This document shows, one piece after another, positions 35,801 through 45,600 of a DNA stretch of 64,000 nt. The position numbers were made by a program, and so were the translations under genes. The notes beneath the pieces are model-generated. The model made no database searches. It was given only the letters and a program-made list of their open reading frames with translations, and was not told where the DNA came from. This DNA is from a virus. Taxonomy: Duplodnaviria > Caudoviricetes. The stretch lies in IMG/VR virus record IMGVR_UViG_3300020050_010116, positions 1 through 64,000 of that record. One strand, given 5' to 3'. Each line of letters begins with the position of its first letter. Within the stretch, counting starts at the first letter, position 1.

Positions 35801-37467
35801 CTCAAAGAAATAAACAATTAGCTAGATCTGGTGAAGCAACAAACGCTGCTAGAGATTTTAAAGATAGTAACTTAGGCGATGTTGTAGGTATAGGTGAGTT
35901 TCAACGTAAAATTATGGGTACTTCTTCAGGAGCACTCCCTCAAACAACCAACATGCTTAAGAATCAAATGCCAAACTGGTTACCTTCTGATGGTAATAGA
36001 TACTATATTGATTTCTCTAAAGGTAATCCTTACTCTCTTGTTGAGAACGGAGAAACAAGGCTTCCAGGCAGAGGCTTCGAAGCACTTCATCCTGAATTAA
36101 AAGGCTTAAAGCCTGAGGACTACCCTTTAATCTATCAGTATAAGATTTTATCTGACGTAGCTAAAGGCTCTTCAGAGCAGTATCGTATGCGAAGAAAGCT
36201 ATTAGATTTATATAAAGAAGGAAGCCTTAGCAAAAAAGAAGAAGACATTTTAGTTGATACTTTAGATAAGGAGGTTGCCAGAGATAATAAGAGACGTTTC
36301 AGAGATACTCCTGACAGTAATGGAGGCCTTTTTGGAATGTTACAGAGTACTCTCTGGAATAATATGATTACTGTATCTAATAGTAATCCTCTAGAGATGC
36401 TGACACCTTGGAGACCTTTTAGTAAATTTGTACATCAAAGAACAGCTATTGAGGATTACGAGGCAACTCAACTAGGAGGTAGTGATACTGCAATCTGGAC
36501 CAACCCTTACAGTCATTTTATAAAACCTGCATTAAATAAAATGCGTTTGTTAGTAGATGATACTTTCAAACCAGATGAGTTAATTGAAAAGGAAAATGTT
36601 AACGAGTACTTCGACAAACTCTCTTTGTTAAAAGGTTTGTTAAATAGTAATGAAAAAGAAGCTTATCAAACGGTAGTGCATTCTAGTTTATCAGGTTTAA
36701 ATACTAAAGAAAAAGTGTTACGTTTTAAAGCCGCGCTAACTGATGATCAAAAAGTATATTTTAATGATTTCTCTAAAGAGACTGGTACAGAGGCTAGAAA
36801 GAGAATACTTGAGATGCTTCCTGACGATGTAGCTCAAGGTTATCAACAAATTTGGAGAAATCTTGATTTAGCCACCAAAGCAAAAAATGCAGGGCAGTCT
36901 GTTCAAAAAGCGCTCATGAATGATTTTATTGAATCAACTGAAAAGTTAAAGAGCAGCTTTGGAGACATACCTTTAAGTAACGAAGAAAAACAGCAGATAA
37001 ATAAAACAATCACTAAAAATCGAGATGATTATGCTAACCAAGGGTATTCTTTATCTGAAAGAAGAGCTATGCTTGAAGCAGAAGCTTACAGGACTAAAGT
37101 AGCTCAAAAAGAAGCTTATCAGTATATTGAGCAAGCTACTGGAACACCTTCTGGATTTTTTGCTGGTTGGGACCCTAGGCTAACTGTTGACGATATAAAG
37201 ATTAAAACTTTAGCTATTGGCGGAGAAGATTTAAGAAAGTTTGGATTTTGGAAGACAGATGAAGAACGTATGAATAACATCTCAGAGCTTAACAGAGAAG
37301 AACAAGTTGTAACTAAATTAGATGCAATCAAAGAAGAAGTAAAAGCTTCAAGAACAACTAAAGAAGCAATTAAACATGCGTTGTTTAATAAAGGGTTTGT
37401 CGCAACAAATGTTAGAATCAACGACTCAGAAATAAATTCAGTTATAGTAAGAAATAATAACAATTAA
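32860..37467 (+). CDS. Tape-measure-position protein with embedded staphylococcal-nuclease (thermonuclease) domain
   Basis: 1535 aa after the chaperones, with hydrophobic segments (GFPLGGALVGA, IGAAIGGALTLPFLPGALIGA). The SNase motifs are ED(679)AD(681)T, VR(701)LAGVD(706)APE(709), YGR(760) and AQKEAQRNNKGLW. Confidence 0.75.
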   Translation: MDPRLEDTGNPIPELLGAYAGYKVLNASNKARELYNKLPGTTALQYQLARSNVAIDTTTQSLDRAILSQVMALEEASPLHILRTFQISNLLQPFIKISDFNQEVHISGQSIRGQQVFYESLLREQQKESKRRVNRLLQSEDLKRGLIFKNNKLYGVDKQGKINLNDIVLHDARLVTATQRNGGVVSQNHVLRKYAEGLKAPLNLKNAINDPLMVVGSYQNNLGKQLNAYLKLGMEMGYKTLDNPIQGFEDIVSGLGGDLSGLTRTSFWQKAKSLANIRLGTGGVYDLDHLQSLKLMTKNLVTKSAGAYIGYQGLDSLSRWLAPAGSDFDSGLFAGLGGMYADFRIGFAKVWSDRFQGYKERQEQSAPGSTDLLTLMGFPLGGALVGAQYSYFSRIGKTFKDGAPAAADKYSAENTSKLLQRVAGIDSPMTLMKRNSLIGAAIGGALTLPFLPGALIGASSKELEERYSGKKDTEIRANRWWLFGGNSIQGDHVKYSQKNWFQLAKSEGKTKAIYGDDETKKSLNPLLHPFSYLRDPYKFEKLTNDSMPYPVWGMEIGYGSFVGKIFERTIGQVIKPDVLNPEIAQAKKEHEARVNKLKNTNDIFGLSIDKEIISFRNKNLGASYTPSTEDSFGEKTTRLFEYGEYNPALRNIVNQVAGLKNTDNTKVIDLSKYDINVEDADTIELKRKGLFGFLDKKVQVRLAGVDAPETSDHAAGSSPKDVFHQAQEYNKEATQTLKDMLARQSELKLIVNTKDQTYGRQLGVIVGDNNSNINMELLRQGAVTALPWDGGDIVSKSDLMAAQKEAQRNNKGLWQGKRYKAEQLFGELTGEVQTHNTFTSLQRLSENPVLGSLATYLKNIEGQKGGLTQEQVQDITMLANTFLNFKEGTSEQKQRSRDLGLEVRKNPTDGSTSAINTNLSFTPNVLPSLGYGNTGVKPVLPAPSFDPITQGSELAYQSLTDFVGIKGWAFSMAVDALVNDTQRNKQLARSGEATNAARDFKDSNLGDVVGIGEFQRKIMGTSSGALPQTTNMLKNQMPNWLPSDGNRYYIDFSKGNPYSLVENGETRLPGRGFEALHPELKGLKPEDYPLIYQYKILSDVAKGSSEQYRMRRKLLDLYKEGSLSKKEEDILVDTLDKEVARDNKRRFRDTPDSNGGLFGMLQSTLWNNMITVSNSNPLEMLTPWRPFSKFVHQRTAIEDYEATQLGGSDTAIWTNPYSHFIKPALNKMRLLVDDTFKPDELIEKENVNEYFDKLSLLKGLLNSNEKEAYQTVVHSSLSGLNTKEKVLRFKAALTDDQKVYFNDFSKETGTEARKRILEMLPDDVAQGYQQIWRNLDLATKAKNAGQSVQKALMNDFIESTEKLKSSFGDIPLSNEEKQQINKTITKNRDDYANQGYSLSERRAMLEAEAYRTKVAQKEAYQYIEQATGTPSGFFAGWDPRLTVDDIKIKTLAIGGEDLRKFGFWKTDEERMNNISELNREEQVVTKLDAIKEEVKASRTTKEAIKHALFNKGFVATNVRINDSEINSVIVRNNNN

Positions 37468-37483
37468 TAAAAGGTTTTATAGA

Positions 37484-40400
37484 ATGCCAATAAGTACTAA
37501 AGGTAAATTTGTATTAGGCGCTGCTGTTACAGGAGCGTACACGGGGGATATAATTGATGATCCCGTTGCTGGTATATTCGGAGCACTAGTTCTTGCAGGT
37601 ACAGCTAGCGCAATGAAGCTTGTTACAAGTGATGTTGTAGGTAACAGTAAAGTTATGAATACTTTTAATATTGATCAAAATAAGATTAATATTACTAGGC
37701 AAACTGGTTACACAGAAGCTGATCTCGCTGTAATGGCAAGAACAAAGAATAAGCTTAACAAAATAAACGCACACTTTAAGAACATAGCTGACTTACGTAC
37801 TCAGTTAGAGGATGTAACTTTAAAGTTACAAGATCCTAATTTAGAACCCGGTGTTCGTAAACGATTAATAAGAACAGGTAAAACTTTAAATAGAAAACTA
37901 GCTAAGGTTGGTAATCAATCTGCTGAAGGTTTTGCTCAAAACATTGCAGAAAAGCTTAAAGTAACTAATACAACTATTAATCCTACACAACAAGGATTAA
38001 TAGATTATGTTAACGCTATTTCTGAACCTTCCAAAGCAAATGCTGTACTAGCTATGTTAGAAGGAGCTTCTCCTGTACAACAACAGAGTATCAAAAAATC
38101 TGTTATGCCTACAAAGAATACAAAAGCTGTTTTTTCACTAAGTAGGAAATCTACACCAGCTTCACTAACAAAGTACTTAATGACTAACCTTGGAAATACT
38201 CAAGCTGACGCTGAGTTAAAAACAAAGTTGGTGTTAGATAGAGCAGTAGGGGATACAATAACTATTCAGAATCATAATATGATGTTTACTGATAAATTTA
38301 CAGGTAAAACCCAAGTTCTTCCATTAACAGCAGAGACAAAGAAAGGGATTATGTATCACTCCCCTTCTGCAGGTACTTATTTTGCTGTCGCAGGTGTTAA
38401 TCCTTACGCTGCTGCTTATAGTACTGGACAAACTGTTAAGATGTTAGATGGTACTACTAGAGTACCAACTTTTCAAGACGCGACTAAAAGAATGCATCCA
38501 GAATTACTAGCGTTACAGTTATATCAAGGTAAGTCTTTAGATGATGGAATTTCATTTGTAAAAGCACAAATGAAATTCTCAGGAGATGAATCTCAAAATG
38601 AACTAATCCACCGTGCCACAAAACTAAACGATACAGATCTTACTCAAAGATTTAGAGCAACAGGTAGTGCTCTTAATATAGAACATACTTTAAATTATGA
38701 CAATTTAGGTAATCTAGTTGAAGATAAGCCACTTAGGAAAATTGCTAAAGTAAGTTCTCAAGGAGGTACTAGTTCTGAATTAAAAGCTGCAATGATGGCA
38801 TATCAACAAGGTTTTATTGACAATGCTGGTGCAGCAGAGAGTATGTTTAATAACGTCTCTATTAACAATTTAACTACTATATCAGGAACTGTTTTCAATC
38901 CTTTAGCACCTATGAGTATGAATCAAAGGGGCGCTACTGCTGTTGGTATTCGTGATACTGTACCTGTAAACCGATCAAGTGCTTATAAAACACTAGCTGC
39001 CTCTGTAAAATCTTTTGAGCAACAATTTGAGAGTTCTAATGTATTTGATAAGATTGATATCCTAGATAAAAAAGCTTTTAATGAAGCTGTTGCACATTTA
39101 TATGGTTCTGATAAAGTATTAGCCGATGGTGCTGGTTTATTTAATTTAAATGCTTCCGCTATGTTCGAGCACGGATTGAATCAACGTATTGTGATCTCCC
39201 CTCAAAAATCTGGAAATCTTTTTATTAAAAATTCGAGAATTAATGAGTTATTACAAGCTCACCAAGAACTTCTTGAATCTAAGAGCAAAGTACTTAAAAA
39301 TGGTAACGGAGTTATTGATGAAGATTTCATAGACCTGTATCAAAAAGCAAAAGGCTTGCGTTCCCTTGATGCAGCTAGAATGAAAAAAGGAGAAGCCTCT
39401 CTTATACCAGATGATGTTAAGACTATTGCTCAACTTATGGATCATGTTGGTACTAAAGCTTATCTTCCTGTTGGATTCCCTCATGAAGACTTAGACAGGT
39501 ACGTAGGTAAGTTTAAGATTAAACCTGAGCAAGTTCTTGCTTACAACGGTGATGGTAGTGCTGTTAAATTACACAAACAGTTTAGTGAAGGAGTTCTTAA
39601 AGGATTGATGATGGACGAATCTGGACAATTAATCTTGCACACCAACTCCACGTTTAACCCAGGAAAAGAAGGTATTGTTAAGTTGTTTTCTGAGGCATCA
39701 AAGAGTAATTTATTCGGTGTATCCAATTACAAGCAAATAGCTGCTTTAGGTGCTCTAACAAACGCAGGTCAAATTACCATCAAAGATGGGCTACCTTACT
39801 ACAAAGGTGATATGCGAGCTCCAATCACGACTGACTTACTAGATAAGTATGTTAGTCTTGTAGAAGATAAAGTTGCAAAAAACGTTCCGTTATCTCCTCT
39901 GGAAATGGCAACAAAAAATGCAATGTCCACTCAAGTACTCTTAGCTGCAGAAGATACAAATATATCTGATTTTATTAAGATGACTAATGCTAGTACTAGA
40001 GATGAGGTAATGGATACTCTTAAGAAAGGGAGCAAAGTTAAATTATCAGATAACAGCTTACAGATGGTGCAAAACGCTTTACACAAAAATTCTTCTCTTA
40101 ACGATACAAAAAGAGCTGCACTAGCTGCTTATATGACTGCTAATTTTAAAGGTGCTACGGATATAACAGGCACTGCTGTAGGAAATATCATGGAGAATTT
40201 CCAAGCTGTAGTAGAGAACAGAAGCACTAAAGCTCAGGAACAAGCTATCTCTAATCTATTTAGTATGTTTTCTGGAGACAAGCCTACAATAGATGGTGTA
40301 AGAACAGACGCAGAAATGCGTAATAAAACTCATGCGAAACTAACAAAGCTTATTGCATCATCAACTAATTTAAAAAATCTAACGGAAGAAGATCCAAAGA

Positions 40401-42664
40401 AAAGACAGGCTGCCTTTAACAGACTTGTTAAATTACTGTCAGGTGTTTCTGATGATGATTTACAAAGATACTCCAGCGGTACTACTAATACAATAGCTTC
40501 TTTAAATAAAGGTCAAGGTGTTCTTGGTATAGGTAATGAAGCTAGATTGTCTTGGACAGCACAACATCAATTATTGCAATCTGGTTTTACTAAAGAACAA
40601 CTCAGTGTTTTCGGTCACAGTGATCCTCAAGCTCTGTTAGAGTTAGAGTCTTTGTTTGGAGAAACAAACTCTGGGTTTGGTAGACGACATGCAAAAACAA
40701 CAATCAATAAGTATCTCACTCAAGACAATTTATCTGACTTTGAACGTACTTTAGCTAGAACTGTCCCTGAAGGAAGACTAGCTGCACTCAAAAAACTAGG
40801 TATTGAGGTATCTGATAAAACTCCTTTTATAACTTACGAATTAAAAAATAGTTACAAAGGTCTTGAGAGATTAAACTTCAGTACAGTTAGTACTAATCGT
40901 TCTGGTTTTTTCACAAAGGATGATCAGTTACTGCTAAAACAACTAGAAGGGCATCGTTTAAACTTGTTCAGATTAGACAGACAACTTGCCAATGCTAAAG
41001 GAGATAAAATTCCTCAAGCTAGAAAGGCTTTTGAAGAAGCAGCAGACGAGTACATAAAAATATCCGAAGGTACTCTTAGAGGGGATAATTCTTTAGTAAA
41101 AAATGCAGCATCACTCAGATCAAAACAAAGTAACGTCGGTCTTGCAAGAGCTATTGGAGGAGAAGCCTCTGCGTATATTCAAAATCAAGTAGACGATGGG
41201 AAAATGCCTAATGGTGTTTTTGTGTCTGAGGAGGGTTTAGATATGCGTTTAAAAAGAATGAATATTGGGGATAAGGAGTGGAGATACGCCCCAATTGACG
41301 GATACTCTGACCTAAATAAAGTACAATATAAAGTTAATAACGAGTGGATAGATTTAAAAGGACTCTATACTAGGGAGCCGTCTCAAGGTAACCTATCTAC
41401 TACTTGGGAAGATATTATTGTTGATCGTTCTATAAAAGACAAAGAAAGTGCGGGACATACTTATGTAACAGAGAATCACATTGCATTCACTACTGGTAAG
41501 GTCATGGATTACGACCAAGATCAACTTCAAGAGTTGTTTCCTAAATTGTCAAGTAAGGCTCAACAGGTCGAGTTAGATACAAAGTTTAATAAAATTGGGG
41601 AAGATGTTAATAGAATTGCCAGATTGCATAAGTTTCTAAAAGTTAAAGGTGCTGATAAGGCAACGCCAACTGCAATGGACTTTGATAATTATGAGGATGC
41701 AGTTAGTTATAAAAATGTTGCTGGTCTTCAAGGACGTGAAAGAAAAGCGTTAGCACCTCCATCCACAGCTTTAGCAGTTGATATAACTGAAGCTTTAAGT
41801 TTAGAATTTGGCAAGGATAGTCAGAGAACACACAATGCTCGTTTCCTAACTCATACCTTAGTTGAAAACTTAATCAAGTCAGCGCACGTTGACACTAAAG
41901 ACTATGAAAAACAAACGGAGTCTAGTATTGAAGCTTTTTCTAGATTAAGAAAAGACTATATCGGGGGGAGAATAGATGCCAAAACATATAGAAAAGAGAT
42001 AACTCCAATTATTGATCAATCCTTAAACTTAGGTAAAGCGTTAGCTAGTACAGATTTATCTCAAGAAGATAAAGATTTTCTATCTGCAGCTAGAGATGAT
42101 ATGGTAACAGCAGAAGTAAATCAAGCTAAAACTGTTGCTTCTCGTGCTAAGCACCCACTACATGTAACTCAAGGTGTTGGAGGTGGTAACATCATGACAA
42201 GAGCGGCAGATGCTTTAGAAAACTTTGTTCTAGGCACTGGAGGTGAGTTTGATTTGCAAGGTACTCAATCCTATGGTAGAATGTTAACCGAAACTAAAAC
42301 TAATATAGCAAAAACAATAAGTCAAAACAAAGGTATAATAGGACTAGGTTTGGGTGCATTAACAGTAGGGTCAATGATGACTAGGTCAGGACCTGATCTT
42401 CCAGATATTGATAAAGTTGATACTGACCGTTATATTAGGAATGATCCTTCCAAGAACTTAAGACCAGCTAGAACAGTACCGACAGGTATAGACACTAATA
42501 AGCAAACTAGTAATTACATAGTACCAAAACAACACACAAAAGCAAGATCCATAGAAATTGATGGCGATTATACTGATCTCTTAGTACCTCCAGAGGAAAG
42601 AGTAAGAGATATGTCTTCGGCAGTATTCGGTGATGCTTTAAGACAAGTACGAATTGAAACATAA
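37484..42664 (+). CDS. Putative single-chain two-barrel (fused beta/beta'-like) virion RNA polymerase
   Basis: Colinear motifs: NQR(480-482), LAD(548)G, K733-x6-K740, GNEAR(1021)L, L(1198)RG..., R(1297)EP, D(1342)YD(1344)QD(1346), R(1420)KAL and ENLIK(1465)SAH(1468). Hydrophobic segments lie at both ends. The call is based on motif recognition only. Confidence 0.72.
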   Translation: MPISTKGKFVLGAAVTGAYTGDIIDDPVAGIFGALVLAGTASAMKLVTSDVVGNSKVMNTFNIDQNKINITRQTGYTEADLAVMARTKNKLNKINAHFKNIADLRTQLEDVTLKLQDPNLEPGVRKRLIRTGKTLNRKLAKVGNQSAEGFAQNIAEKLKVTNTTINPTQQGLIDYVNAISEPSKANAVLAMLEGASPVQQQSIKKSVMPTKNTKAVFSLSRKSTPASLTKYLMTNLGNTQADAELKTKLVLDRAVGDTITIQNHNMMFTDKFTGKTQVLPLTAETKKGIMYHSPSAGTYFAVAGVNPYAAAYSTGQTVKMLDGTTRVPTFQDATKRMHPELLALQLYQGKSLDDGISFVKAQMKFSGDESQNELIHRATKLNDTDLTQRFRATGSALNIEHTLNYDNLGNLVEDKPLRKIAKVSSQGGTSSELKAAMMAYQQGFIDNAGAAESMFNNVSINNLTTISGTVFNPLAPMSMNQRGATAVGIRDTVPVNRSSAYKTLAASVKSFEQQFESSNVFDKIDILDKKAFNEAVAHLYGSDKVLADGAGLFNLNASAMFEHGLNQRIVISPQKSGNLFIKNSRINELLQAHQELLESKSKVLKNGNGVIDEDFIDLYQKAKGLRSLDAARMKKGEASLIPDDVKTIAQLMDHVGTKAYLPVGFPHEDLDRYVGKFKIKPEQVLAYNGDGSAVKLHKQFSEGVLKGLMMDESGQLILHTNSTFNPGKEGIVKLFSEASKSNLFGVSNYKQIAALGALTNAGQITIKDGLPYYKGDMRAPITTDLLDKYVSLVEDKVAKNVPLSPLEMATKNAMSTQVLLAAEDTNISDFIKMTNASTRDEVMDTLKKGSKVKLSDNSLQMVQNALHKNSSLNDTKRAALAAYMTANFKGATDITGTAVGNIMENFQAVVENRSTKAQEQAISNLFSMFSGDKPTIDGVRTDAEMRNKTHAKLTKLIASSTNLKNLTEEDPKKRQAAFNRLVKLLSGVSDDDLQRYSSGTTNTIASLNKGQGVLGIGNEARLSWTAQHQLLQSGFTKEQLSVFGHSDPQALLELESLFGETNSGFGRRHAKTTINKYLTQDNLSDFERTLARTVPEGRLAALKKLGIEVSDKTPFITYELKNSYKGLERLNFSTVSTNRSGFFTKDDQLLLKQLEGHRLNLFRLDRQLANAKGDKIPQARKAFEEAADEYIKISEGTLRGDNSLVKNAASLRSKQSNVGLARAIGGEASAYIQNQVDDGKMPNGVFVSEEGLDMRLKRMNIGDKEWRYAPIDGYSDLNKVQYKVNNEWIDLKGLYTREPSQGNLSTTWEDIIVDRSIKDKESAGHTYVTENHIAFTTGKVMDYDQDQLQELFPKLSSKAQQVELDTKFNKIGEDVNRIARLHKFLKVKGADKATPTAMDFDNYEDAVSYKNVAGLQGRERKALAPPSTALAVDITEALSLEFGKDSQRTHNARFLTHTLVENLIKSAHVDTKDYEKQTESSIEAFSRLRKDYIGGRIDAKTYRKEITPIIDQSLNLGKALASTDLSQEDKDFLSAARDDMVTAEVNQAKTVASRAKHPLHVTQGVGGGNIMTRAADALENFVLGTGGEFDLQGTQSYGRMLTETKTNIAKTISQNKGIIGLGLGALTVGSMMTRSGPDLPDIDKVDTDRYIRNDPSKNLRPARTVPTGIDTNKQTSNYIVPKQHTKARSIEIDGDYTDLLVPPEERVRDMSSAVFGDALRQVRIET

Positions 42665-42678
42665 CAAGGTAAAGTTAA

Positions 42679-45600
42679 ATGAAACAAAAAGAAGTATTTA
42701 TTATAAATGATGTTACTCTAGACGTTAATCCTTCGGATATACGTTTGATTGATGACACTTATGCTATGCGAGAAAGTTACTTAAGAAGTAATGCAGTATT
42801 CTCGCATAAATCTAAGTATGCGTCATCAAAAATAGTTGTGACAATTCCTGTACAAAGTAAAGATATTAATAATCTTTTTTCATATAAAGATTATAGTGAT
42901 CTCTCTGGTATAGTTAAAGTTATTATACAATTAAATAACTATCCTTTTTGTTTCATTAAATCTAAAAGGATAGAGTCTTACGTTAGTCCGACAGCAGTAT
43001 CAGAGAAAACTAATTTTATGATATTTGCTGTCGATGAACTAAATATTGTAACTAAAAGCGAATTAAATGATGTAATGCTGCTAGAAGTAGTTCTAGTTTA
43101 TTTTAATCATAAACCTTTTGTAGATGACTTTACTTTTGCTCGTACACTTAATACTAGCTCTAATCCTGTAGATATTAATGAGAATTCAAATATTAAATTT
43201 GAAACAGAATACCTGTACAATGACGTAGGAGTAACTTCTTTAGAAGAGTCCGAAGCTTGGTCTCGTTATTTTAATAAAACTTTAAGTGATATTAAATATA
43301 AAGTTACCAGAGAAAATGCTAATACATTTTTTAAAGGAACTCGTGGAAATCATTTCCTAAATAGTATTAAACTAGCAATAGGTGTTCCAACTGTTAAAGT
43401 TATAACTTTAGATAGTGCTCAAACTGATTTTTCATTAGTAAACGAAGAGACTAAACTAGTTGTATCCTCTAATACGGAGTTAACTCAAGAAGAACTCTAT
43501 ACTAACTTATTAACAAATAAATCGGCACAAGATTTTAGAAATATTTTAAGGGAAGATAAACAATTTAAAGAGTTAGTTGGCGAAGTTAATCCAGAAACAA
43601 TTATAGACAAAATTACAAATTTCAAAGCAGAAAAAAAAGCTGAGTTTTTTAAGAGACATAAAGTATTTGCTATTGACTATGTCGACATGGATCTAACTAC
43701 ACTTAACATTGCTGTACAATCTTTTGAGTACAGAAAGAAGAACCGTCTTGCTATTAATCATATCGGATCGCTTAAACACCCTGTAGTACAATTCATGGGT
43801 AGATATCCGACTGAGTTGAGTATTAATTTTACTTCTAACATAAACAGACAGTATGAAGGAGAGTACTCTCCTGACAGATCTATTTCAGCTATCGTTAAAG
43901 AGCAATTCAATATTATTGACTACAATGCGAGTTTATACCCTGAAGTCACTGCATATAATAATCTTAAAATTAAAACAACTCCTACATTGTTAACAGGTAA
44001 TGTTCGTTACTTACCTAATCAAGTACATATCTCTGCAACAAGCCAACAGCAAGGACTAGACAGTTTTGCATGTACTTTTGTTGAGAGTGATTTGACAGAG
44101 TTGTTCAAGTTAGGAGAAGTTGTCAATTCAGGTAAAAAAGGTGGTTCCCAGTTAGCTGAGTTTTCTCACAAAGCTGTGCAGCAATTCTTAAGAGAAATGA
44201 AGCAGCTATTACAAGATAAAAATAAAATTAATTCTCTGTCTGAAGTGGATAAGGAGATATTGCTTAACTTGTACTCAAGATGTTTACAGTTAATTAATAT
44301 GATATATCAAGAGTTCGGTGCCAAAGATGTAACAGAATTAGGTGTTGATGATTTAGTTGAAAAAGTAAAAGAGAGCGATTATTACTTGTTGGCTTTACTA
44401 TTTACAACTTATGACCCAGGAGAGCCTTTTAGTGCAGCCACTGTTCTTGCTGGTTTTGCTGGTGTTGCTTTAATCGCATCAGGTGTTGGTTTAATAGCAA
44501 CAGGTGTTGGTTTAATAGCAACAGCGGCTACATATTTAGTAGCGGACCAATTTCAAGAAGAAATTAATTTATCTCCTTATAATTATAAATTATTATTTAA
44601 TAATGATGAAGAAAAGTCAACACCTGTTGTTCAACTTAATTTAAAATTATTAGAAGGCGTGCAAAGCAAAGAATTAATTTTAAATTTAATACAAGCCCGT
44701 TTAAATATTGTTACGAATACAAACGTATCTTCTTTTAAATCTAAGATTCAATTTAGAGAGTTTCCTGAGACAATAAATGCTTTCAGAGAAATACTTTCTT
44801 ACATGCAATTAGGTGCAGAAAAAGGGAACAAGATTTGTCAAAAAGTAGTTTCTTCTTTTAATAAACAATTTTTTGAATTAATTGGTCAGCAAACTGTGTC
44901 TTTTACAGGACAAGCTATTCCTGATATTAAGTTGGAGAAGCTAGTTAATAATTATGTTACTGTTTCTGATAGCATAGTACAAAATATCAACCCTTTCTTT
45001 TTTCTCAGAGAATATAAACATTTTGAAGACTTAGAAATAGAAGAGATATTTAATCAAGTTACAGAGTTAAATAATGCACTTGAAGATGCCACAGGCATCA
45101 CTGATACAATTGTTGAGATTGTAGCTGAAGAGCCTTTAATAGACAAAGTTGCGGGAGATCCTGATGCTTTGTCTTATCAGTCAGCAAAAATTAATTATGT
45201 TATGCCTATTCAGGCAGAGTACAAATACGCTACAGTACCTGAACCTTTGCTAAAATTTGAATCTGCCCTTGCTGAAGTCGAACGTCAAGAACGTGTAAAA
45301 AATAAAACGCCGCTAACTAACTCAACAAGCCCTGCCTACACTCCTTTTAGGGATAATTCAGTCCCTTTGATTAATGATATTAAAAGAGACCACGATAGAG
45401 AGGTGTTACTTAAGTATAAATCTAGAGTTAATCTCCCATTAACAGATGATCAGTGGCTGTACTATGCAAACACTATAGCACACAGGGAATCCAGGTATCG
45501 TCACGATATTAAAGGCGGAGCTAGGAATGCATACATAGGAAAGTATCAGTTAGGTACTGGTGCCTTGGTTGAAGGCCAAGTTCTAGATAGAGCTTCTTCA

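Noticed and set aside
37484-42664. Reading this ORF as a second tape-measure protein
   Set aside because: It lacks tape-measure-style periodic repeats over most of its length and instead shows an ordered set of polymerase-like motifs. This is not fully excluded until a structure search is run.
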